From a virus (lineage: Duplodnaviria > Caudoviricetes): DNA of 64,000 bases. Below, one piece after another: positions 20,001 to 26,987 of this stretch (position 1 is the first letter of the stretch; each line of letters begins with the position of its first letter). A program made the position numbers and the translations under genes. The notes beneath the pieces are model-generated. The model was not told where the DNA came from and ran no database searches. It was given only the letters and a program-made list of their open reading frames with translations. Where the stretch lies: positions 10,120 to 74,119 of IMG/VR virus record IMGVR_UViG_2838247499_000001. One strand, given 5' to 3'.

Positions 20001-23000
20001 ATTCCTTGGCACCGGTGGCCAGCGCCTGCTGGTAGTGCGCCCAAGCGATCAGCGCCGCCAGGGTGTGCAGCTTCTCCTTGCCGGCCAGCACCGCATTGAC
20101 GATCGCGCGCTGCTGCTTGGCGTCCAGCTCGGTGGCGCCGTACAGGGCTTGCTGCAGGGCCTGCACGCCGGCGACGAACACCGGCTCCTGGAGCTGGGCT
20201 TCGACCGCGGCCACCGACTTCTGGCTGGCACCCTTCTCGGTCTTGATGCCCAGGCCCTCGGCCACGCGCAGCTTGAAACCAGTCAGCAAGGGACCGCCCT
20301 CGACCGGCACCGTGGTCTTCCAGTCCGGATGCACGGTCAGCCAGCGGTGGATCTTGCTGGTCTGCGGGTTCACGGCCGTCGTCTCGATGCCGACCCGCTG
20401 CTGCTTCCACATGTTGTACGTGAGGAAGAAGGGCTGCTCGACACCACCGTTCGGCACCAGGACCTCGCTCACGAAGTCCATGAAGCTCTTGAACTCGCGG
20501 CGGTAGCCATCGTTCTTGGCTTCCTTGCCCTTGCGGTTCACGCCGTGCGTGTTCTCCGCGGTGACTTCCACCACACCGGCCATCTCCAGGGCCATCTCCT
20601 CGGTGAGGGCGCTCAGCACCTTCATCGGGTCCTTGGCCACCACTCGACCGTTGTCGGTCTGGTTCTGCTTGATGACCTTGCGGATCAGGTCCGGCACACC
20701 CATGTCGGTGTCCGACTTCTGCTGCACCTGCTTGACGGGCTCGACGCTCGGCAGCTTGGCGGCCGACTCGATGCCGAACAGGCTGCCGATGATGTTCTGC
20801 GAACCCTTCAGGGTGTCGGCGATCTCCTTGGCCTGGCCGGTCAGCTGGCGCTGCCCGTCCCGGGCCAAGCGGAAGAAGTGGTGGGGCTGCTTGTTGGCCA
20901 GCGCCGGGGGGTTGTCCACACCCTCGTAGCGCAGGTCATGGATCAGCTGGGCGTCGATGTCCGTGCGGATCACGATGCCCTGGTCCTCCAGCAGCTTCAG
21001 CGCATGGGCACCCAGCGACACCCGCAGCTTGGCGATCATGTCCTGGGGAGCGTCCTTGCGCGCCTTCAGGCCCAGGGCGTCGAGCACCCGCGAGCCAAGG
21101 GAGTCCACCAGCATCGACTGGTAGCTGCCCACCTGGCCCAGCGTCTCACGCGCCAGCTGCGACACCACATCGTCTTCGCTGTGACCCAGGATGCTGTTGA
21201 TGTCGGCATCCAGGTTCACATCCAGCCGGCCGGCCTGGTCACCGATCCAGGCGAACACCGCCGCGGTGATGCCGGTCTTGACGTTCTCCTCGACGTCGCC
21301 GTCGACGATCAGGTAGCGGATCGGGTCCTCGAAGTTGAACGCCTCGTTGTGCGAGGGCTTCAGGTTCTTCTGGATCTCGCCGGCCCAGGCCTTGGCCTTG
21401 AGGGCGAACATGCGCAGCGCGCTCTGTTGCTCCTCGGTCAGGCCGTCCTTGTCCTTCAGGTACTCGCGCAGCTGGATGGCCTTGGCCGCCCACTTGCTCA
21501 TGAAGTCCTTGACCGCCACCAGCGGACGGAGGGACCCGTCCTTGATGGATCCCTTCACCTGGGTGAAGAAGTCCCCGAACTTCTTGGTCCGGTGCGTCGC
21601 ACCTTCGCCAGCGCTGTCGCGCGTGGCTCGGAGCTCACCCGACTCCACAGTCTGAGCTTGAGCTTCAGTCGACTGAGATTCAGCCTGCAGAGCACTCTGC
21701 TCAGAGTTCGTGACAGACTCCGCGAGATCAGCTTTGCTAACCTCGACTGGGGCTGCAGGCGCATCCTGCGCTGCAGAGAGGCTGGTATCCTTCGGATTAG
21801 ACTGGTTTTGACCCTCAGCTCGACTGTCAACTGCAGTCGACTCAGGGGACTGAGACACAGTGTTCTCAGTCTCCACAGTAGAGCCGGAGGCTACTACAGC
21901 AGCCCCGGCCTCGGACTTCAGCCCAGCGGACTCCACCGCGTTCGAAGCTCCGGCAGCGGCAGGTCCAGCATCTTGGACTGCAGCACCGCCTGCTCCATCT
22001 TTTGCCGGCGCTCGTTGCGCTGCTTGACCTTGAGTGCCCGCTCCTGCAGCGGAACCTTGCGGTGCGTTCTGGACATTCGTCCCTCCAGTGGTGGTAGTGG
22101 TCTTCGGTTGAGAGAACTTCAGGTCGTAGCCAGCCTTGAGCTCGGCCAGCGCCTTGTTGATCGCCTCGGCTTCCCGGGGCAGCTGCGTCAGCCACTTGTC
22201 CGTGCTGATCGTCAGGCCGCCGTTCTGGGCCATCTGCTTGTCCGACAGGCGGGGGCCGTTGTTCACGACCCACTCGCCGGCCTTGGTGCGGACGATCTGG
22301 CCGCCCACATCCGCGTCTTCCGCGGCACGGGCCTTGGCCTGGTGGTCGGCGGCGAACTTGGCCAGCAGGGCGAGCACCCGGCCGGCTTCCTTCTGGTCTC
22401 CGGAAGCCAGGGCAGCAGCCACCCGCGTGCGGTACTGGTCGATGCCCTGGTAGCCCTTGCCGCCCACGTAGATCTCGGCCTCGACGCCACCCAGGGTCTT
22501 GGCGCGGTTCTCGGCCACCCGGGAATCGGCGAAGGCACGCAGGTAGTTGCGCTGCTCGTCCGTCAGGGCGTTGGTCGCGTTGTCGGCCAGGCTCAGGGCC
22601 TGCTGCGGATCCAGGCGGCCAGGGCTGGCCATGGACAGCGTGATGAGGGCATCGGCCGCATCCCGGGCTGCCTTGGTCGCCACGGCATCGTCCGGCGTCA
22701 CCGTCGCGGTGACCTTCTCGATGTGCGACTGCACCTCGGCGGCCGGGCTCGCCACGACGCCCAGCTGGTCATAGGCCGACTTCGCCTTGGCCAGCTTCTC
22801 GTCCATCCTGGCCACCCGGGCCTGCATCTCGGCCAGGACCTTGGCTTCGGGCTGGTTGTCCAGGCTCTCCTGCAGCCCTTGAATCAGGTCCAGCGTCGAG
22901 CTGTGCGCCGGCGTGCCCGGTTGCAGGATGGCCAGCTGTTGCTGGGCGCTCTGCAGCTGCTGCTTCTGGTCAGTCAGCACCTCGGGCGACACGGCATCCA

Positions 23001-24474
23001 GGACCTCCTGGGCCTTGTCGCGGCTGGCTTGCAGCTCGCTGACCACCTTCTGGGCCTTGGCCAGGTTGGCCTGCTTCTGCGCCGGCGTGGTGGTCTCCTG
23101 CTTGGCATGAGCCAGCAGTGCGATCACGGCGTCGTCCGGGGCATAGCCCTGCTTCTTCGGGTCGATCAGCGCGTCGACGTTGCCCGTCTGGGCAGCATCA
23201 GCCACCACCTTGGCCGCAGCTTGCTTCTCCTCCCGAACCTGGGCCTGCTCAGGCGTGGCGCCGGTGGCTTCAGCCACAAGGCGTCCGCCGCCAGACAGGC
23301 CAGCACCTGCAATGCCACCGATCGCCGCACCGGCGTAGATGTCCTTGGCCGAGGCCGGCTTGCCCGTGACCTCACCTTCCATGTACGTCTGGAAGCCTTC
23401 GGTCGGCGCCTCGGTCAGCAGGCCTTCACCGGCTGCCTTGCCGGCGTTCTTGAGCGACTGCTTGAAGCCAGCAGTGACAGCGTCCTTGCCCTTGCCTGCG
23501 AAGGCGAGAGCGGCCGTGTCGCCTGCGTGCTCGGCGATGGCCAGGGACGCGGCTTGCAGCGCCATCTTCTGGCGCACATCCTCGGGTGGCAGCTCGCCGC
23601 CGTGCTGCGCCTGGTAGTTCTGGATGCCCTGGTTGTAGTTGTCCAGGGCATAGCCGACGTTCGAAGCACCCAGAGCCACCTTGCCCGCCTTGCCAGCCAC
23701 ACCACCCACCGCCAGCTGCGGCAGGTTCTGCACGACGTACTCGAGCGAAGCCTGCGGATTCCCCGCGGCGACAGCACCGGCGTTGTAGATCAGCTTGGCC
23801 AGGCCGGCCGTGACGTTGGCCACCCCACCTTCCTTGACCTGGCTCCATGCCGGGTCGAAGCCAGCGCCCAGCTCCTCGTTGAAGGCCGTCTGCTTGGACT
23901 GCAGCACCGTGTCCTTGTAATCGGTGGACTCGACGATGTTGCGGGCCGATTCCCGCTTGACGTTCATGTCCTTCCAGATCGACAGCGGCGTCGGCGCGTT
24001 CGGGTTCTGATCGGTCATGGCCTGCGCACGGGCCTGCACCTGCGCGCGCATCTCCGGATCGGTGATACCGCCCGGGATGACCACCGGAGGCGCAACCTTG
24101 CGGTTGATCTGTGCCATGTCGGCCGGCGACGCCTGGCCCTTGTGGAAGCGATCCAGTGCAGCCAGGTCCTGCTCGGTCAGGTTGGCCTGGTCGGCCGCGG
24201 CGATCGTGCCGGGAATCAGGCTGGCCAGCTGGCCGGCCAAAGTGCCCAGGCCCTGGTATGCGCTGGCGCCCAGGTTCACCGCCCGGCCGAGAATGTTGTC
24301 CTCGTTCAGGCCGAGTTTCCGGACCCAGGAATCCTGATCGTTCACCACCGGCGTTGCCGGGGTTTGCGGAGCCAGCTCGGCCTTTTTCTGTTCCGATGCC
24401 GCGGCGAGATTCAGCCGTTTCTGCTCAGCCTCCAGACGGGCATTGAGAAGGGCATCGAGATCGAATGGGGACAT
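14080..24474 (-). CDS. Virion-encapsidated RNA polymerase (N4 gp50-like)
   Basis: About 3464 aa from ATG 24474; no Cys seen from this start; motif A EVDGVANG, motif B RDLVKGALNPLNFG, motif C NIHDA. Confidence 0.95.
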   Translation of the reverse strand: MSPFDLDALLNARLEAEQKRLNLAAASEQKKAELAPQTPATPVVNDQDSWVRKLGLNEDNILGRAVNLGASAYQGLGTLAGQLASLIPGTIAAADQANLTEQDLAALDRFHKGQASPADMAQINRKVAPPVVIPGGITDPEMRAQVQARAQAMTDQNPNAPTPLSIWKDMNVKRESARNIVESTDYKDTVLQSKQTAFNEELGAGFDPAWSQVKEGGVANVTAGLAKLIYNAGAVAAGNPQASLEYVVQNLPQLAVGGVAGKAGKVALGASNVGYALDNYNQGIQNYQAQHGGELPPEDVRQKMALQAASLAIAEHAGDTAALAFAGKGKDAVTAGFKQSLKNAGKAAGEGLLTEAPTEGFQTYMEGEVTGKPASAKDIYAGAAIGGIAGAGLSGGGRLVAEATGATPEQAQVREEKQAAAKVVADAAQTGNVDALIDPKKQGYAPDDAVIALLAHAKQETTTPAQKQANLAKAQKVVSELQASRDKAQEVLDAVSPEVLTDQKQQLQSAQQQLAILQPGTPAHSSTLDLIQGLQESLDNQPEAKVLAEMQARVARMDEKLAKAKSAYDQLGVVASPAAEVQSHIEKVTATVTPDDAVATKAARDAADALITLSMASPGRLDPQQALSLADNATNALTDEQRNYLRAFADSRVAENRAKTLGGVEAEIYVGGKGYQGIDQYRTRVAAALASGDQKEAGRVLALLAKFAADHQAKARAAEDADVGGQIVRTKAGEWVVNNGPRLSDKQMAQNGGLTISTDKWLTQLPREAEAINKALAELKAGYDLKFSQPKTTTTTGGTNVQNAPQGSAAGAGTQGQAAQRAPAKDGAGGAAVQDAGPAAAGASNAVESAGLKSEAGAAVVASGSTVETENTVSQSPESTAVDSRAEGQNQSNPKDTSLSAAQDAPAAPVEVSKADLAESVTNSEQSALQAESQSTEAQAQTVESGELRATRDSAGEGATHRTKKFGDFFTQVKGSIKDGSLRPLVAVKDFMSKWAAKAIQLREYLKDKDGLTEEQQSALRMFALKAKAWAGEIQKNLKPSHNEAFNFEDPIRYLIVDGDVEENVKTGITAAVFAWIGDQAGRLDVNLDADINSILGHSEDDVVSQLARETLGQVGSYQSMLVDSLGSRVLDALGLKARKDAPQDMIAKLRVSLGAHALKLLEDQGIVIRTDIDAQLIHDLRYEGVDNPPALANKQPHHFFRLARDGQRQLTGQAKEIADTLKGSQNIIGSLFGIESAAKLPSVEPVKQVQQKSDTDMGVPDLIRKVIKQNQTDNGRVVAKDPMKVLSALTEEMALEMAGVVEVTAENTHGVNRKGKEAKNDGYRREFKSFMDFVSEVLVPNGGVEQPFFLTYNMWKQQRVGIETTAVNPQTSKIHRWLTVHPDWKTTVPVEGGPLLTGFKLRVAEGLGIKTEKGASQKSVAAVEAQLQEPVFVAGVQALQQALYGATELDAKQQRAIVNAVLAGKEKLHTLAALIAWAHYQQALATGAKEFTTDLMGEVDGVANGTMLNHVLYGAGETVEDLQALLERGGFFTEDSEFRQYNIWRGTAGNADIYEHTAKDIDRRMRGMLGEGKVPAGVISAIWNVAGRVADDAGVVTKAGRDLVKGALNPLNFGSGFKSIRRGMAQTFIEGVYAQLEQFSVKQASQERVDDFIANLNTLLQHGGAPTLKVGQPIAKYMDARVLSDRQLKALRKAYGDTMGEATASVVEKAFAPFIEKRKALTTTTSLAYELYNAVYQAARGEFMDELGIERNKAGVPLHDLSAEQEAQLKEKLAGILPVMHTAMSQDDGNLAHGILLARRERGPVDSPAYETAVGFAQPLGNGAKQLTARGQAVQQTGPGVLAVSASTHSLDSKISHLTQLGRNILNIHDAVGDGVGTLAKTAQAFNQSTWESLLGYSPMTAAYDALARVVSGIAAMQDAGTLTPAAVANLRQVFEALASKKQSPEQVLADAMGKAFDLARQADTTKLQAMSQWAVVDQYAFDGGSYEVTDADRKAAAEKLAAVPQMMDPSHMEALGLLHLAVFAKPAPAIQAAPVAVPAPKTSPFGELGRSAVASDTGLVAFLDGGDKSGTEMVAYLKGAGLSPANQKLLALVARVLPNDLAFRLVKPDTAVDAVIAPAQTPSRGWYVAGQGRHEVNFLSPAFKASGLTAETVLHEMLHGVLARYLWEQRTSKQPDPAAKQLIDELEALREQAKAMDKDGRYAAATENLDEFISWGMTNEAFQRDILASMYAPSKSGGNRLLNGLQKFIKALTGLLGKAVGNPLFHEAETGLALLVANVSGLVQAVAQTQGLQNPQEQTEAASINRSMAAVDAFTTQAIHEALADANRPLEPRFEAHLSELLSGIVDALHGPFGAFAEALKPYAPTSPREAWLKAQQTGLAPFASRVLANLPVSDQEAFAIEQVEATVRAALKDNSGHTKLAYQELSDLFTEAQQTLKPSDFASPAHYDFIFKVEADNGDKSEYLARFAALALAHQGVNKLLQVPSKDRRTVSEGKTFADKVQIVFENILAFFARMATHTYDGQNLDEKLQTLVGQLVDIEAKNREAIKDGKARVNYLEPLENAVTKASEATMKKVEQVAGSDFFRKSKSGIVKGSAAVVRTVAGHRQQQFYDALQQFRDRTMNERGGILSSLLREVAGVKEWAEKSLRLVKHREAQRKSLISNSAKFALESFVNEGKDLSSEAKASVTRVFMRTGLHNLLDHFGFNEMEQLLTSQPALDQAIAQFEARLPARLRRLYVEQARILGHFKATGQVKGFLMPNAHVIARMLDTRYEAHASAVAEEHEDSIKVLASLFALKSTDVADKTRAAAVLSAETARQDGGNGVDFLLRTLKKLEADALERLFGGNPVLMQHGYTPEIFNPHTAFEVAGEERGKDLLAQGFSEGAKVQDDLHDPVSQKQRIYVRRGAARARWDSGIMSLTDTAAKGSQLHNGFLHTGFDDGRRNAQRQAAVTAGKLSLLDRRLDPHRDLELDRTHHMAPVYNEHGKVVNWRHLMEEQTKDDILQRNNDFDAVLGTLAGSVFDKQTTPAQNSEAVQALKAQFDADRDVNRQKGYFLVGVDSTDPQLKEIWRLLPEKTKQEVNRVWGFKGMYVHNDMLDVMFGYRAASAAEFLRKDKDTLKGVQAIVRGWFDLYARSQGMDDREADNYAKKLGWYLARGEEAWKEIVKETKDIIVVKSGVVLIDNVLSNFTQLALSGVPLRDFVRHHLVAMRGAVAFERDSNELQRLQQMLDTGYLPAGNGTRSDIERQVARLKDALARNPVKELMEAGLMPTIVEDVAQENDPYSYKTEWARRTERFTKALNPGVVAAAKQVYMTHDTKTYQAMSRMTRLSDFMARYALYQHLVTKKDPMTKEQALQRASETFINYDVPMHRGMQYLDNMGLFMFTKYFLRIQRVLTRTMRENPGRVLGLMALDHYMSIGPNVLDGSFLHHLGNNPWSWGALQYPGALDRLATVSVPMSLIK
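21918..22076 (-). CDS. Candidate nested 52-aa basic protein in an alternative frame of vRNAP
   Basis: GGAGGG RBS then ATG; codons match genome preference while the vRNAP frame is atypical here. Confidence 0.5.
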   Translation of the reverse strand: MSRTHRKVPLQERALKVKQRNERRQKMEQAVLQSKMLDLPLPELRTRWSPLG

Positions 24475-24535
24475 AGGTATTCCGGAGGGCTCGGGTAATT
24501 GGGGACAGAGTGTACCCAATACCCGCCCCGGAATA

Positions 24536-25291
24536 TCAGCGCCCGTACTCTTGCATTCTCCGGAAACTCTCCGGATTCACCGGTTTCGGGTCTGCCCACA
24601 AACCCCTCTTGGCGGCCCGCGCTTCATTTTCCGCAGCCACCAGGTCGGGGTTGTTCACATACCGGCGATACAGCCAGGCCATGCCGTCCTTGATCATCGC
24701 CTTGTCGATGTTGGCGCCGGAGATCTCGATCTGGCACAGCGACCGGTCGTAGTTCTTGCCCGCCACGGCCGGCCGGGAGATCTTCAGGGTGACCTCCTTG
24801 TTGAGCACCATCTCCTCCAGCCGGCGCTTGCTCTCCTCCCCGAACGGCTGGCCGGCCTTGCCCACCTTGGAGTGGGCCACTTCCGGCGCGTCGATCGAGT
24901 CGATGCGGCAGTTCACCGTGGAGCCGTCGCCCCGCTTGGCGCTCAGGCTGTCGCCGTCGCCCACGTAGGTGATGACGGCCTTCTCCCCACCGGCGCTGGA
25001 GGGCTTGCCCTGCACCGCGGTCACCGGCTGCTGCCACTGCACATCCTTCGGGATTGCCACAGGCTTGCTGGCTTCCGTGGTCGTGCCGCTGCCCACGTTC
25101 AGTGCCACGTGATCGGTCGCCGGCTTGGCCTGGGCAGAGCTCGGGCTCGAACCAGGAACAGCAGCAGGCTTGGGCGCCTCGAAGGCACCCAGCGACTTGG
25201 CTGGTTGCGGCGACTTGCCCAGCCCGTCCATCGGCAGTGACCCCGCCCCACCAGCTGCCGGAGCAGCTGGCGTGGACGTCGGGGAGGTCAC
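24536..25291 (-). CDS. Thermonuclease (SNase-fold), probably a frameshift extension of the upstream ejection protein
   Basis: GDGDS, RIDSIDAPE, QPFGEES, YDR, GMAW, AR..KRGLW; Pro/Ala linker at N-terminus. Confidence 0.85.
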   Translation of the reverse strand: MTSPTSTPAAPAAGGAGSLPMDGLGKSPQPAKSLGAFEAPKPAAVPGSSPSSAQAKPATDHVALNVGSGTTTEASKPVAIPKDVQWQQPVTAVQGKPSSAGGEKAVITYVGDGDSLSAKRGDGSTVNCRIDSIDAPEVAHSKVGKAGQPFGEESKRRLEEMVLNKEVTLKISRPAVAGKNYDRSLCQIEISGANIDKAMIKDGMAWLYRRYVNNPDLVAAENEARAAKRGLWADPKPVNPESFRRMQEYGR

Positions 25292-26466
25292 CGGGCTTTT
25301 TTTGCCGCGTTGTCGAAGATGGTCTGGGCGTCCTTCAGCGCGATGGCCTGGCGATCCCGCAGGTTCACCAGCTCGTCACGCAGGTTCTGCGTGCGTGCCC
25401 GGCGATCAGCGAAGTCGCTGCCTTCCACGATCTTCTTCATGTCGGCCTTCAGCAGCCCGACGATCGTGTCGTCCATCTTGTTGGAGCCAATCAGCTTGGC
25501 GACGTTGCCCACCAGGCCCGTACCCACGTTCGAGGCGTACTGCTGAACCAGGGCCTGAAGCCGTGCCTCGGGAATGTGGGCGAATCGCGGGTCAGAGGTC
25601 ACCGCCTGGCCCACCAGCGCCATGTACTTCTCGCGGTTGTCCTTGTCCGGGATCTGATCCGAGATCGACTTGACGATCCGGTCGTAGGCCTCGGCGTTGC
25701 CCTTGTCCAGCGCAGCGATGCGCGCCGTCGTCTCACCCAGGCCCCGTTCCATGCGATCCAGGCTCTGCAGGAACACCTGCTTCTCGTTGGTGTTGGCGTT
25801 CTTCACGGATGCCTGGGCCTGCGTGGCCGAGGCGTTGGCCTGGATCCGAGTGGAGTCGGCGTTCTTGTCCGCGGTGGCACGAGCCAGCGGGATGTCCGCA
25901 GTCTGGGCCGTCGACAGGGCGATGTCGGCCGTGGCCTTGTCCGCGGCTCGCTTGTCGACGTAGGCCTTCTGCACCAGCTCACCCACGCCAGGCATGCCCT
26001 TGGCGGCGAGCTCACGCAGCATCGCCTCGGCGCCGGCGACATCGCCATGGGCAGCCATGAGGCGGGCCTGTTCGAGCACCGGCCGGGCAGCGACTTCCGC
26101 CTGCTTGTCGGTGAATGCCTGGTTCTGCAGGACCTGCTGCTGCACCGCCGCGTTGCGGGCATCCTCGGCACCGATCAGTTCGGCCCGGCTCTTGGGGTCC
26201 AGGGCAGCGCGGATCTGCTCCAGCTGGCCGGACTGCTGCAGGGCCGCCAGCTGCTCGGGCGTCTTGGCGTTGGCCAGGGCCTCCTTGAAGGCCACCGTGT
26301 CGCTCAGGCGCTGGCGATCCAGGACACCCTGGTTCACATCGCGCTGGTCCGTGAGCACCTTGCCCACGCCATCGAAGGCGCCGGCGATCGAACCCTGGGC
26401 CGCCAGGAGCGCACGAGACGCTTCAGCGATCGAGGGGGCGTTGACGTTCTGCCAGGTGATCGGCAT
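25288..26466 (-). CDS. Internal virion / ejection protein (N4 gp51-like)
   Basis: MPITWQNV N-terminus, Ala/Gln-rich helical, synteny with vRNAP. Confidence 0.75.
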   Translation of the reverse strand: MPITWQNVNAPSIAEASRALLAAQGSIAGAFDGVGKVLTDQRDVNQGVLDRQRLSDTVAFKEALANAKTPEQLAALQQSGQLEQIRAALDPKSRAELIGAEDARNAAVQQQVLQNQAFTDKQAEVAARPVLEQARLMAAHGDVAGAEAMLRELAAKGMPGVGELVQKAYVDKRAADKATADIALSTAQTADIPLARATADKNADSTRIQANASATQAQASVKNANTNEKQVFLQSLDRMERGLGETTARIAALDKGNAEAYDRIVKSISDQIPDKDNREKYMALVGQAVTSDPRFAHIPEARLQALVQQYASNVGTGLVGNVAKLIGSNKMDDTIVGLLKADMKKIVEGSDFADRRARTQNLRDELVNLRDRQAIALKDAQTIFDNAAKKAR

Positions 26467-26987
26467 TACTTCACCCCGTACTGGTTCATGTACTCACCCA
26501 CCGACTGGTAGGCCCCGGGGTTCGATGCGACCCGGGCGCGCTGGCGATCCGACAGCTGCGAATTCACCATGTTCTTCTGCGCGCCGAAGTTCAGGTCGAA
26601 CTGGCGCTTGCCTTCTGCCAGCTGCTGCTTGGCCAGGCCGTACTGCTGCATGCCGAAGTAGGCGCTGGCCAGGCCCGAAGCCAGACCCAGAGCCGTACCG
26701 CCCCAGCCAGGCGCTTCCTTGGTGCCGACCGCGCCCTTCATGAAGTCGCCGAAGCCAGACATCCAGTTGCCACCGCCCGCGGTGCCGGTGCCCGACGCCA
26801 ACAGCGGCAGCGAGTCGCTGATCGAGTTCGCCCCGAAGGCGTTCGTGCCGTCGAGCTCGGCCTTGCTGAGCTGCGGCAGAACGACCGGGTTGCTGTAAAC
26901 CTCACCGAAATTCCCGGTGAAACCATTGCCGCCGCCCTGGGGCATATAGCCGAAGTTCGTCAGCGCAGTCAGGTAATCATTGCCCAT
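26466..26987 (-). CDS. Internal virion protein (N4 gp52-like)
   Basis: Gly-rich with hydrophobic segment; synteny. Confidence 0.75.
   Translation of the reverse strand: MGNDYLTALTNFGYMPQGGGNGFTGNFGEVYSNPVVLPQLSKAELDGTNAFGANSISDSLPLLASGTGTAGGGNWMSGFGDFMKGAVGTKEAPGWGGTALGLASGLASAYFGMQQYGLAKQQLAEGKRQFDLNFGAQKNMVNSQLSDRQRARVASNPGAYQSVGEYMNQYGVK

Noticed and set aside
14032-24498. Long plus-strand ORFs (1390 aa and 2028 aa)
   Set aside because: Antisense shadows of vRNAP caused by high-GC codon bias; the same applies to shadows of nrdJ, polymerase and portal
24475-24519. Upstream extension of vRNAP start
   Set aside because: Adds a Cys to an otherwise apparently Cys-free protein; ATG 24474 is more plausible
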